Positions 12,801 to 26,033 of a DNA stretch of 64,000 bases are shown piece after piece. Below the pieces are notes generated by a model. That model was not told where the DNA came from, did no database searches, and saw nothing but the letters and a program-made list of their open reading frames with translations. Position 1 is the first letter of the stretch, and every line of letters begins with the position of its first letter. The position numbers and the translations under genes are program-made. Origin of the DNA: Hydrolagus colliei (Eukaryota); assembly GCA_035084275.1 (NCBI GenBank), contig CM068757.1, positions 7,688,001 to 7,752,000 of the forward strand, given 5' to 3'.

Positions 12801-13793
12801 TATATTGTACTTTTAAGAGACATTTTTACACAATTGATATACACACACACATATATAGACATACTGTATATATATATATATATATGTATATATCTATATA
12901 GATTATAATGTAGTTGGTTTAAATCCCCAGGTGAAATTTAGGCAAGGTTCCCCTTCCTGATCACAATCTGGTGCTGGGTGATATGTGAGTATGTGTTAGT
13001 GTGTGCAAACAGGATTGGGCTACTCAGTGATTCATCCTTCCTGTTCCCTGACTCCTCCTCCACCTTCCCAGGCGCCCACCACCATTTTACACTCTGCCCA
13101 CACCCACTGTCTAAGGCTCACACATGCCAGAATGACGACTTGGTTGAGGTACAGGAGGGATGCTGGCATCCATGGGACTGTACTCCCGAGAAAAAGCACT
13201 ACCTTCCGAGAGAGAGTATCAGGACAGGAACAATTCCATAGGAAAGGCAGGTAAGCCTCAATGAGAAGAAATACTTTGAGAGGCCATCCCCCTGGCTGCA
13301 GTGTATGCCAAACACCTCATTTGTTTTGTATAAAATAAAGTGAAGGCTTTTCTCAAGTTGTTTACAGCTGTCTGGGTTGTGACTGACCTGCTGCGGGATC
13401 AGTGGGTTGTTTGTCTGGAGATGTACAAGTTGGTTATTTTTATCTGCTGTTCACAAAAACCTGGGAGTCAAGCAGAACATTTCTCGACAATGTGGCAGGA
13501 TGTTAATCAGGGACCCGTGATATCAGTGGCCTGGTTGAACAGTCCCGGGATTTAGTGCGAAGTGATAAGCAAAGTGCTCAATGAGCGTCCCTCTGCATTG
13601 GGTTCAATTTCAGTCAACTTTCTCCATCTGAAAAAAACTAATTAAAAGTGGGATTAGGGGAGAATCTGGCTGTGTGGAGGCGAGAGATCAGTCAGGCTGA
13701 GCAAAACTATTCCCCACTCATGCTCTAAAAACTGAATGGTCTGAAATGGCAGTCCTGATGTCACTGACGCTCCCTTCTTCTGTGTTTTGACAG

Positions 13794-13948
13794 GAAATCT
13801 AAGGAGTTTGAAGATGCAATCAGCCTTCGGTCTTCTCAACCCTCCTCCCCTACTGAAAATGGTACGTCTTCATCTCCTCTGGAGACACACAGCAGAGTCA
13901 GTTCAAAAAGCACTTTAGGAGAAGAGAATGCATACGAAGATATCATAG
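13794..13948 (+). CDS. DENND2B: DENND2B coding exon (KSKEFEDA...EENAYEDII)
   Basis: ttttgacag|G ... ATAG|gtaaga; phase 2 to 1; resembles ST5 KSFEFEDA...EENAYEDIV. Confidence 0.95.
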
Positions 13949-16900
13949 GTAAGAAGCAAGGGTCAAGGCAACGGTCCACAAAATATCACAAAATATAATT
14001 GCTATTCTGTTTATTGACACAACAAGAGCTGAAACAACACTAGCTGAATTTGGCTCAGAACATTGCTCTCCCATCACATTACTACATTTTGTGAGGCCAT
14101 AATCAGTGGCATTTAGCAATTCATCTGTACAAAATTGCGTTTTGCACAAATTATACTTAATAATAATGTTATTAAAAAAACTTGTTACAGCCAGTCAGTT
14201 TTCCCAAGATGTTAATAACCCTCTGTTATCAATACGAAGGATGACGACAGATCTTTGAAGGAGTGAACTTACTTATAGTTTATTTATGCTGTTCACAATG
14301 CTGTCAATAATAATATTAGATGGGACTCGGAGCATTGTACTTCAAAAACCGATGCATTCAGAGACACCCAGTGGCTTTATATCATCCCAGACCTCTTGTC
14401 TGACATATCCAGGAACCATTTCACACCATACATTTGAGATTCATGTATAACTCTTAAACAGTTTTCATTAGAACTGATTCTCCCCACGATCCAGGTTGTC
14501 CAAAAGCAACCCTAAAAATGGCACATTTAGGAGGCCGGTCACACTACTGGAAATTGCATGTGCCCATCATTTGTAGGGAATGAAATGCAATGTTTTGTAG
14601 TAGTGCTGACATTCCCTTGGGATGTCCTCCCGATGTGAAAGGGATTGTATAAATGCAATTGGTTGTTGGTGGTGGTTCTGCTTTTTTTTAATTGAACCTT
14701 CCTGTGAGATCTCAGCCAATGATTCTGCTTGTAAATGTACTGCCTAGTATGGCACAGTCAGTAGATGTGGACATTCCTAGGTTCTGACTTTGGTCTGTGC
14801 TGAATTAGCTGAAGTTATTAAGTGTAAGGATTATTATCCCAGCCAGGCATGTAATAGTGTGTGTTGCAACTGAGCTCAAATGCTTTTGTGCATAGAGAGG
14901 GAAAATAAGGATCCTGATCGTTATGCAATGTCTCATGTTGCATCATGGGCATGTCAAGAGAGGGTTTTGCTCAGCTGGACTCACACTGGCCACTGACCCT
15001 GTTTAGGGTTAGACATTCATATTCAGGATGACCACTTGGGTGAGATGCCGGAGGGTAACTGAAAGCCATGGAAACAATTCTTCTGCATGACTCAGTCCCA
15101 TTGGGAGAGAAGAGCGGAAAAAACTTGGAAAGGATTCATCTGTCAATCTGCACCATCCTGTCTCTCACATAAACAATACCCGTGAGCCAAAAACTACAAT
15201 TAAATCCCAATTTGTATGGTAATATGACTACAACGGACAAAGTGTTTAAAAAGACTGAAATGTACCACCACATGTTGTGGCACTGTGCTTGGCATATGTG
15301 AAAGTCAAATTCATCCTCCAGATAGCATTTTGCCAAGTGAAGTGCGGTTTAGGACTGAGGGTGCACTCAGTGCATTGTCAGAGATGCTGACTTTCAGATC
15401 AGTAGCTACAAATAAGGTTTTGTCTGTTCTGTCAGATCCGGTGTATCTAAAACGATTCATGGAATTATGTCAAAAAGGATCCAATTGTTGTGCGCAGGCA
15501 AATATTCCTTTGTCACAACAATTCACCTGAACAAATCCAATTAACGTTGCAGTATGTGGGATAAAGGGGTTTAATTTTCAAGAGTCACATAGCGATTTGT
15601 AGTGAAACTGATGTTATCCAGGTGTGTTGAATTGCTGACCCATCTTCGCCTTGTGCATGGGCAATGATCTCCATACATAAGGAAGATCGTGATGTGATCG
15701 ACCGCCAACTCATCTCAGGACCTACAGGGTTCATTAGTTGTACATCCTTTTTCAACTGTTGCAAATTAGACCCAATTGTTGTCCAAATTAGCTACTGCAT
15801 TTACCTAACATTCATTGCCCTTGAAAGTAATTCAATGTATCAAGCACATTCTCATAAATTGCAAGTATTTATCTTATTACATTGGCTTCCGCCACTGTCA
15901 TTACTGCCACTAAGAAGTACCATGCCTTAAACCCTCATAGTCCCGAGGAGAGATATTGAATATTGGCTCTAGAGACTGAAGAAGCCGTTTGCCAAACCAC
16001 TGCAACCATGTTAGAACCATCAAACAGCGATGTTTGGGTCTAATTTGTGGTATTTGTCAATACGGAATGTGTTATTATTGAATTTCTGAAATATCAATTG
16101 TGTTCTTCAACGCTGCCAATTCAGATATTCGATAGCTAAACATTTCAGTTTAAGAAATCTTGTAAAACAGAACCCATTTGCACCGATTTATTGTGGGAAT
16201 CCAGTTGAACGTTGGCTCGTTTGTGCCTTAAGTCTTTCTTTGGGCTCAAAGAGTATTAATTTGCTTCGTTTGGAAGGCAATCGGTTAACAATGTCAGCTT
16301 CCTGTAGAAAGCTGAGTTGATGCGGTTGAGCATATTCTGCTCTCAGATGCCAGAAACCACATGTGTGTTTTATTCAGCCACTCTGACTGGAGTCTGAGAA
16401 ATGTTACAGCTCTGGTTCGGATTTATATTGCATTGCTTGACATGTTTCTTGACCTGCTTCCAGCTGACCCAAATATTTCTAGCTTCAGCTTAACGTAACT
16501 CAAAGATTTGCTTTTTAGCTTTTTTTATTTTATCCACATTAAACCAAACGATAAGCAAGCAGTATGAGGAGCAGATCTGCTCAGTTATTGTGTGACAAAT
16601 TAAAGCTGGAGAAAACCAGATAGAGATCGCCAAGCAATATCTACTGTTGCCCTTGGGGTCCATCGTTGTGTGGAAACCTTAGGTGAATCGAAGTGCTGAA
16701 GTGTTAGTCTCTTCCTCTTCACCCCATTCATAGTAGAGCGTGACCTTTTTGATGTCTGTGAACCTGGAGAGTAAGTGTCAACAGACTGTTCTACCATAGG
16801 AAGCAACTGAGCCCAACCCGAAACAATTCACATCCAACAACATGCTCATACCAGTCACCAGCAGCCCTTGCCAGCTGGAAATCCTGACTGACTTACTCTT

Positions 16901-17926
16901 CCCTAGTTCAGGGGCAAAGAGATCACTTTTAACAGCTCCTTCCACCACTTAGTTGAGATGAGCTAACACTGTTTGGTTCAGAAATGAAACCTGGGACCTT
17001 ACTGGGGTGGAGTTTCAGGTTCTGTACTTGGCAGTGACTCAGTGGAGCCTGGGTGCTAAAGTTAATCTGAAAGTGAGGAGAGGAGGGATGGATCCAATTA
17101 ATACCAGGTTGAAACGTGTAGCGTTCCAAATGAGTTTGCTTCCCGTAAAAATCACAGGCACCAGCATGCTTTCTAAGCTTCTGTTGCTCATACATTGTTG
17201 AGAACACTGCTTTGTGGAGGATTGAAGGTTTGCTACTTTTATGAAACAGAAAATGCCGTCTTATTGCGTGAACTCTCATTCTGAGAGGCTATATCTCGAG
17301 ATGTTTTGGCCTTGAGCTGATACTCTCCTCTCCCACTGCCAGCGGAAACATTCCACAGCAACTGTTTGTCTGACCCACTAATTGAAACAATATTAGAGGC
17401 ACTAAACGCATGGAACTGTGCTTCTTAAAGGTAAAACCTTTCTTTTTGGAGTGGGGAGGGAGAATCTTAAGAGTAATGGAAGAGTGTGTGTGTGTGTGTG
17501 TGTATAGTTGAGTAGAGTTGTGTATATTGTCCAACCTTAAGCTTTGGAGAATGAGTCACCAAACTCATTGCACAAACCAATCCTTGAATAACCATGTGGA
17601 ATGGAGTGAAGTCACATCCTGGCTGATGACGCCAGAGCTGCCTGACTTTGTCGGCTATTGTGTGCAACTTCGGGAAGAGGCTGGCTTAAAAGAGAGCAGC
17701 CCCGGTCTTAAATGACACTTCATTCTTTAGCAAAGCACCAGACAAAACACAGGCAAAAAGAGAAAAGAGCTCAAGCGACACCGAAAAAGGCAGAAGCGAT
17801 TAAAAAAAAACTAACAGCAAACAGCAGTGTGTCTCGTGCTGCCAAACGAGGAAATATTTTTAGATTCACATGACTCTGTTGAATCAGTTCAGCCTGGTGT
17901 TTTTTTTCCCCTACCCTGCTTCACAG

Positions 17927-18072
17927 ATACACCCAAAGAAAACCCTTATGAAGATGTGGAGCTGAAAGGCCGCTACCCTGGCAGAAGGTCACAGTTGTCA
18001 TCCGAGAACTCCCTAGAGTCTTTGCACAGGATGTGGTCTCCTCAGGAAAGGAAGTACACCACACCTCCCCAG
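17927..18072 (+). CDS. DENND2B: DENND2B coding exon (DTPKENPYEDV...MWSPQERKYTTPPQ)
   Basis: ttcacag|AT ... CAG|gtaatt; phase 1 to 0; seen in ORF 17827..18240. Confidence 0.95.
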
Positions 18073-18825
18073 GTAATTCCGCACGTTAACTCAGTGCAGA
18101 CGTTTATTCAGACCCCCATTGCAGGAAGACCTCTGGCTTGGTTTGTTTGTACAAGTTTGAAAGCAACAGGGAAAAGTTGGGGGTGGGGGGTGGTGGGGAG
18201 GTGGTGGGAGGGGGGCGCGGGGGTGGAAATGGAAAACTGAGAAAGTGAGGATTTTTATTGTGCTCCTCAGCCGAACCAAGCTGAAATTTTTAAAAAGGTT
18301 TTCGTCCACAACTTATCGATGGCAGGCAAAGTGGGCAAAGTTAAAATCTTAATGAAAAAGAACAACAGGAATTACTTGCTAAGCATTAAACTAACTGTGT
18401 TTCCGGGCCGACCGGACTCTGGTGATGGTGTTTGGGGCTCCCTTCTGATCGTACGCCAAGAAACACTGAAGTTATGGGTTACGAGGGAAAACATAAAGTT
18501 AACTAATCAAAACACCAGTCATAAAAAAACATGTTGGTTTTGTCGGATGTTAGCTTAATTTTCAGATGTTTGAAGACCAGGAAAATTCTGCAAGAAATGT
18601 TAACATTTGGTTAGTGTAAACTACTTTAATTTCACAGGTGTGAAAACTGAGCCTGATTGACTGGGCTCTGCATTTGCGAGGGCAGGTACTAGCCAACTTA
18701 GCACTGAGTACTGTTTGTATGTCTGTCACTGCTGAGAGTATTCTGTCAGCTGAGTCTTAGGTGTGAGTAAAGTGCAGTGCCCAAGGCTCTGTGGTTCAGT
18801 TGGGGTCACTTGTTATTTGAGCTTT

Positions 18826-19190
18826 GTGGTTTCGATGAGGTGAGAGTAGACGAACAGGATCTTGAAAGAGAAGAATAATACAGAATAAGGTGCTTGAAGG
18901 AAGGGAAGGAACTGGAGTAGGGAGATAGACTGAGAGAGGTAAGAGATGAGGTCAAAGTGTCATCGCAGTGTTTTGGTGCAGGGATTATGGTGGAAGATAT
19001 CTCCGGATGGGTAGGCTGCAATGTGGTGGAGGAGATGACTAGGGGACAGACAGATTTCAGTGAGTCCGAGGAGGTCGAGCTTTGATGGGATTGTGGATGA
19101 TGAGAGCTTGATTTGAGAGCGAGCAGACATTTTGAAGAGCAACTTGCATTGGGACACGATGGGAAAGATAACAATGAAGGACCGGATGTT
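18826..19190 (-). mobile_element. Degenerate L2-like ORF2 fragment
   Basis: Pyrimidine-rich, Ser/Pro/Leu-rich minus-strand translation in the style of L2 ORF2; no clear catalytic motif. Confidence 0.5.
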
Positions 19191-20104
19191 CCAGAGAGCA
19201 CATTGAGGAACTGTTGGAGTTTAACCAGCTAAAGTGCATAGCAGGCCATTGAGAGTACTGTTTGGACCACCCTGGCCATGGGGGCTTTGTCTTACAGGAT
19301 TAACAGGAGCTGAGTGGGAACAATTCCTGTTCCCAGGAATGGATGGAGTGGGGTGTTATGATTTGCAGGAAATGGGCAGTTGTGGAGTTTGCTGGAAAAT
19401 TGGGGAGGGAAGGGGGTTCCTGTTTCTGATCTCTGCTGGATGCTATGGATATTAGGAGAGGAAAGCTGTAACTTGCACCATTCCCCAACAGCAAGTCTGG
19501 GAAATGTATCAGGGTGGAGGGGGAGAAGAACCAGGGGAAAAAAACAGCTACGATAGTGTGTAATTCGCACGTGGGAATTATAATTACAGTTCGCTATTAT
19601 AATTTGCACAAGGACGCACAACTACTTGTTTTGTGTCCGGGTTCATGACCCAACCACATGAAAATAAAAAAATCCCTGCATGGCCCCAATTTATACTAAA
19701 TTCTGAATTTGCTTAAATAACATGCAACACAGAAGTGCGGTGTCAGCCCTCAGAGGGTTAAAGGGGATGATAGCAGGAATGGGCAGGCCAGCCAGCATTC
19801 AGTTCTGTGCCTTCCAGATCTCCTGAAACAAGCAGACCCACTGCCTAGTTATGAGTATATAAAATCTCGGCTGCATAACATGAACGGTCACAGCCGAATG
19901 AGCTGGACAGACCTGGTGAGAACTCGGCAGTGGCAGGCAAAAGTGCTACTCTTAACATTTCAACTGCTGGCATTTTACATTTTAACACCGGCAGATGTGT
20001 TTACTTTACGTCCCATTGATCTATTTCTCTAATAGAGGAATAGTTAACTACTAAGCAATGCTGATCCACATCCTAGACCGGGGAAAATTCCACATTCCAT
20101 CGTT

Positions 20105-20355
20105 ACTTTGTGCTATGTTAGCTGGTCTCAGCTAGGATAAGGGCAGCTAGGCTATCGATTGCCTTGAAGGAGCCTTTGAGTAGGGAAAGGGAGAGGAGGG
20201 AATCAAAATGAGCCAGGGTTTCTGCTCCAGGTCTTTATTCAGAGAGACGTGTGTGGGGGGATATCTGAGGACAGGATCATGCTTGGAATGGTTGAATAGG
20301 CAGCCGACAGCCACTGTGCTGACTCACATGCGAAAAATGGTTACATGGGTTGGGC
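20105..20355 (+). repeat. Ancient interspersed SINE-like family; other copies at about 12930-13215, 14780-15130, 31690-31770 and 51425-51530
   Basis: Shared blocks tgtgct..gttagctg, agccagggtt.ctgctcc, aggacaggatc..gct, ggttgaatag, gctcacacatg...aatg.ccacttgg.tgagg. Confidence 0.55.
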
Positions 20356-22227
20356 ACCGGGTACTTTTATTCCCTTTTATTATAAAGTGTGGTTTATGCA
20401 CATTATTCATTGCACTTTTATTGTGGCCAGCCTGGTGTCTGATGCATGTGGAAACCCATCTCCGTGCTTAAGAGTATCCAAATAGTTGCACATATGTTTA
20501 CGACCTGTAAGTGCAAATTTCCCTATGTCTGGAATGTGGTGTTTGTATGCTCTCTCCATGGAGGGTTGCAACCTGCCTCATCTAATGTCAGCGAGTATTA
20601 GGTGCAGGTTGGCAGGAGTCAAGGCTCTAGAGAGCACATTGAGGTACTGCTGGAGTTTAACCAGCTAAGTGCGTAGCAGGCCTTTGCGCTGTTTCGACTT
20701 CATTGCCCACTGGGGCTTTGTCTTGAAGGATTAACAGTTGCTGAGTGGGAAGAATTCCTGCTCCCAGTCAAGGCAGTAATTAACAGAGGTTATGGAGAAA
20801 TACATTTGGAATCTAAACAAAAAGAAGTCTGTGGCTCCCCCGAAAATTGTCACTAGATTTTAGTGATGCTGGGAGCCAGTTAGACCCAGTGGTAAAGGGA
20901 ACACTTTAATTCAATAGTGTTCATTTTTGCACTGGTGCCAAGCATACTGCTGTGTGTTTCAGCTGAAGGGACCCTTGGGCAGACAAACAAATCAGGACAA
21001 GAGCTGCTTCACATGCAAAGTATCTGCAAAAAAAGACTGTTTGTATTTACTTTATGAATACCCAGTGGCGATTGGTGTGAACCTCGCACTAAGCCTGTAA
21101 AGTTGCAAAACACAAACAAGTCGGAGAGAGCCTGTTTACAAAAGTACGGCGCTGGAATGCTTTAAGACAACTTTGCTCTTTGTAAATGCGCAGAGAACAT
21201 GACAATAAGCCTTTAACGTGGGTTTGACCTCCTCAACAACATGACGAGCCATTTACTCTCCACACCGCCTTTGTTCATAGTTAATGTTCAGTCATTTGAT
21301 TAATGAATAGTGACATTTGTATTACTCATTGGTAAAACCGCACAGTATTTTTTTGAAAAGCCACCTGTGGTCATAAGTAATCTTTGCCTTGGTTAAAATA
21401 AAGTAGTAATAATAAATCTTGATAAAGATTTATATTGGATTTGATAAAGTGCCTATAATGTCTCAAAGCAAATGTTTCGGTGAAGTGCACAAACTGTGTA
21501 TTTGTGGTGCAAACTTGCAGCCTATTTTCTCCCAGCAATGTCCCTCAGATAGCCATAAAATGAATGACCAATTTTATCTGGGGCAGCGTTGGCCAGGATA
21601 TCAGGAGAAACTTCCTCCACTTTCTGAATAGTACCTTTAATGGCAGACAAGACATTGCTTTAATTGGCAGACAAGACATTGCTTTAACATCTCATCCACA
21701 GGATGGCACCTCTGTCAATGCCAGGTTAGCTATGAACTCAACATCCTTACATGGGCTAGAACACACAACTTTCTGACTCAGAGGTGAGAGCAACTGAGCC
21801 AGGTTTATGTTGAAGTTGATGCTATGAAGAAATAAAGACCAATGATATTTTAAGAGATGTTATATTTCACGATGGTATTGCCAGGGTTGAAGTATAATAG
21901 AATACAGTAAATCCTGAAATGGCAATACAGCCTTCTCATAATCCACTTTGGGAGCAACATATAACATGTCACAGCCATTGATCTATTGGGATGACATATG
22001 ATCAGGTTTAAAGTCCATGATCTCTTTCAAAATGGAATTCTGGTGTTTGCAAAAGAATAATGTTGTTGAAGGTGTTGAAAGCATTTGTTATCGCTGGATA
22101 CTTGTCTTTCAGATTGTTACTGCCATTGATTTCTTACGCTTGGCTCAGAGGCTTGGCTCATATGTTAGCACTCTCACCACGATGTGAGAAGCTTGTGGGT
22201 TCAAGCCCTGAATTCACCATCTAGACT

Positions 22228-23302
22228 CAACAACAACCACATTACATTTATAGAGCGTCTTTCACGTCAAGAGGCTTTTCCAAGGAAAGAATAATCAGGG
22301 GATAGGACCCGAACATTGGGGAGAAGCGGGTTAAGGGTGAGGAGAGGCAGAGAGATAGGAGGGCAGCTGAAGGCACAGTCGAAAAGGAGGGTCTTGAGAC
22401 TGGCCTTCAAGGAGGCAAGGGAGGAAGCGAGGTGGAGGAACTGTGGGATTGAGTTCCATAGTGTGGGAGCAGAGAAGCTGAAAGCCCGGCCACCAATGGT
22501 AGGGCGGGTCGAGCGGGAGACATGGAGCAGATCAGAGCCCACTGAATGGATGGACTGGGCTGGTTGGTAAGGGAGTCAGCAGGTCGAAGAGGTAGGAGTG
22601 GATGAGACTGAGGATAACCTTGAAAGTGAGGATGACCATCTTGAATTCGATCCTCTGGCAGATGGGAAGCCAATGGAGCTGGGCAAGAGTGAGAATGATG
22701 GGGTTGTGGAGCCTGGTGCAGGAGAGGACATGAGCTGCAGAGTTTTGGATGATCTGCAGCTTATGAATGGAAGCGTTGGGAAGGGCAGTGAGGAAGGAGT
22801 TTCTGTAGTCAAGCTTAGATGTGATGAATGCATGGGTAAGGGTTTCAGCAGCCTGAGGGGTGAAGCAATGGTGATGTCTGGCAATGCTGTGGAGGTGGTG
22901 GAAGGCAGTGCTGGTCATGGCATGGATGTGAGGGAGGAAGGACAGTTCAGAGTCAAACAAGACACCCAGGTTCATGACTGGCTTCATGAGATGGAGTGTG
23001 CAACCATGGATGCCGATGCTGCAGCGCCTGAAGTGTGGAAATGCTGATGCAAGCCAATCAGGAGAGCCTCGGTTTTGCTGACGTTGAGCTTGGCAGAGAC
23101 AAAGTGGAGACGGTTTGAAAGATAGGACCTGAACCAATCAAGGACAGAACCATGAAGGTTGAGATGGAAGGAGAGGCGGTGGAGGAGCATTGAATGGTCT
23201 ATGGTGTCAAAGGCGGTAGAGAGGTTGAGGACAAGGAGCCAGAAGGAGCCCTGGTCAGAGATGGTCAAGATATCATTTGTGACCTTGACCAGAGCAGATT
23301 CC
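22228..23302 (-). mobile_element. 5'-truncated L2-clade LINE with a frameshifted RT and C-terminal ORF2
   Basis: Translations ESALVKVTNDIL...LSTAFDTIDH...WFRSYLSNR, NLGVLFDSELSF...HAFITSKLDY...LHWLPI and GGRAFSFSAPTLWNS; (ttg)n tail. Confidence 0.92.
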
Positions 23303-24691
23303 ATTGTCAGAGGTGCTGTCCCTTTGGATGAGATGTTAATCCCTTTGCTTGTTCTTCAGGACATCATTCAATTTTGAATTTGTTAGCCCTTTGCAGACAA
23401 GACTAGGAAATATCATATATACATATTATTCCCATTCATCATTTGGGTCCCTATTAGGGAAGAGAGGATACTGTTAGGGGTTAATTCTTGGATTGTTTTT
23501 TCTTGGGGATGACAACAACAGTTTGCTTTCCTGTGGAAATAAGCCATGGGTGGAAAGTGAATAACGCACAAAAAAAATGAATCAAGGCAAAGCAGAAAAA
23601 CAACATCATAAATCACAACATCATTTTTTATTGTTTGCCAATGCTCTTGCTGCTGATGGCGTGAGGCGTGGCTCTAGAATCTGTAACTCACTGATCATTG
23701 CTCTCCACTATGGACAAAACACATGTGTATACTCATACCAAATAAGCTGTGGCACATCAAACACACTGTCATCTTCAAGAGATAGGACGCGGGGCTCAGA
23801 AAGCGTCCTGCCCATCTGGAACTACAGTTACATTTCAAGACTCGATTGTGGGGGTGGGGGAAACGACGAAAGGCTGAAGATAATTTCTCACCGAGCCCTC
23901 TGATGAGTCGATCATAAAATATTTTTGGGCAGATTCGAAGTATTGGTTTCACCAACTACATCAACTAAGGGGAACCAGGGATCAGATGTAAAACAACCTA
24001 ATTGGGATAGACGCAGACTGATAGCTGGGCTAGGTTGAAGATGAAATGAAGAAGAGATTTGTGGAATTATAGGACAGGTCAAGCACCAGGACACAATCAG
24101 AACTGACCAAATGTCAGACTAATATAAGTCTCCACAACTCGAATGATTATCTTCAAGACACACTGCAAGTTTCAATCCACTTTTCAATAGGTAGTTTCCA
24201 TTTTATTTTCTTTGACTCGCTGAATTTATTGTCCAAAGCCAAATCCAATGCCATCTGACCTCACCCAGATTATATTAGAATGAGCACTTAGTGTGGTTAC
24301 AAACCTGCTTCGTGGTATCGTTACACCACTTGGACTATATTCTGCTTCATTCAAATTTCCCAATTCATCGGATTAATTGGGACATTGCTGGTGCAAAATA
24401 GCTGCTGCGTTTAACAACATTCACTTAATTCCTATTTATTCTCCGTTTCTCATTCGATAAAGCCCTTGAGGTGTTTCTTTGTGTGAAAGATGTTGTATAA
24501 ATTTTAAGGATGTTATATAAATTTTAAGTTGTCGTTGTTGACATCGCTAAATGTTTGAGTTGCTTGAAACAGAAAGCAATGAGTGTTTGAAGATGCATTG
24601 TAAAACAATAGAGCTTGAATCAGTATTTGAATGTTATGTGCGTTACATACAATGCTTTATTTTAACACGGTCCATGACTTCTCTCTTAAAG

Positions 24692-24907
24692 CTGCCTCCG
24701 AAACCCAGCAGTCTATCGTTGCGTCTGACTAGTACGATTGACAGGAAGACGCTTAGGCTCCCGGGGCTATCCAAAAGACACAGCCATGATGATGTATTAC
24801 TTCTGTCCCGCCTTAGTATGCCCTCGTCCCCAAACAGCATCAATGATGACAGCGTGAGCACAACTAGCGATCTGCTCTCTTCACGCAGGTCCAGGAGGAT
24901 CCCCAAG
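24692..24907 (+). CDS. DENND2B: DENND2B coding exon (LPPKPSS...KRHSHDD...RRIPK)
   Basis: ctctcttaaag|CTG ... AAG|gtaatc; 216 nt, phase 0-0. Confidence 0.94.
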
Positions 24908-25518
24908 GTAATCCAGCCTAATTAATTCCTTCCATTTCCTCAGCTATAAATCCTTTTATGCCCTGGAACCTCACTTTCTCTATGATCTCCCACTCCGATC
25001 CTTTGCTTGCCTTGCTCACATCAGCTAATTGGTGCTGAATCACATTCCCCACACCGTTCACTTCCAACGATCCTTTGGTCACTTTGCTCGGAACCTCTCT
25101 TGTGGGCTAAACATAAAATTAAATCAATAAACATAAAAATAAATAAATAAAAACAAACATTAAATAAAAATACCAGAATCAACAGTGTTTGACATTGTAT
25201 TTTGTTTCTGTTTCACCGTGTGTGTAAAAAAAATACCAAAAGCTACTCGCTACAATTCACTTATCAAATCTAAAACTTAACATGAGTTCCAAATGCAAAA
25301 TTAACCATGGGTTTCAGTGACTACTAATATAAGCATCAAACGAGCAAGGAATCAATGCTATATCAGTCAAATTAATCCCTGTAACTGGGATGATAAGTAG
25401 CTCAACGAGCAAATAGCTTCCAAAGCACCAAGAGAAAGCTGTTCTTATCAACAAGCTTCTCTCGGAACAGGGGCTTTCATTGAATAACTCCCTGTTTCTT
25501 GCTTGTCTTGCTCACTAG

Positions 25519-25615
25519 CTTGTTCAGAAGATTAATGGCATTTATAGTGCGAAGAGAGGGAAGAAGAGGCTGAAGAAACTGTCGCTGTCGAATTTTGAAA
25601 ATGCGTCTCTGCGAG
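25519..25615 (+). CDS. DENND2B: DENND2B coding exon (LVQKINGIYSAKRGKKRLKKLSLSNFENASLR)
   Basis: ctcactag|CTT ... CGAG|gtaaga; resembles ST5 LVQRINSIYNAKRGKKRLKKL. Confidence 0.95.
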
Positions 25616-26033
25616 GTAAGATACTGGGGGAGCAGAGCTCATAGCTAGAGGCGTCTTGCAGAGATCAAGCCAGACAGGAAGACGAGGGCGGAATTCTTGG
25701 CCAAAGTTCGGAGTCATCATTACCCAGAATACTGGCTGCACAAGATTGTAATTTGAGAGTAGGAAGCCAAAATAACACTTCAAAAATCAAACTTAAATTT
25801 TCCTCCTCTTCTCTCTTCCCCCTCCCCTCTCCTGCAGTCTCCCACTCTCCCCCACTATAAATCCTATGATGTATCACCTCAGGTAATTTTGGTTAAATGC
25901 TGCCAGGTTTCCTTTACAGGTGAACATTTGCCCTACCCGTCTCCTTCTTCCCGAGTCTTGACTGCGGGGGCAGATGGTGCGATCTCAGTGGTGGTGGTGG
26001 GGAGCCCAGATGAGCCAAATGCAGAGTACATTT

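Noticed and set aside
18178-18226. G-run cluster downstream of the 18072 donor (possible G-quadruplex)
   Set aside because: Similar G-rich low-complexity runs are frequent in this window and nothing specific supports a function.
21636-21688. Short tandem duplications (also about 24489-24528, 42871-42908, 53979-54023 and 60982-61111)
   Set aside because: Ordinary slippage duplications with no repeat-spacer organisation; not CRISPR-like.
22598-23047. 149-aa acidic ORF on the + strand, and overlapping ORFs
   Set aside because: Antisense reading of the L2 fragment.
23864-23910. CGAC-GAAA ... CUGAUGA-GUCG, a type II hammerhead-like order of motifs
   Set aside because: Stem II is only 4 bp, and the intervening sequence cannot form both stem III with a UH site and stem I.
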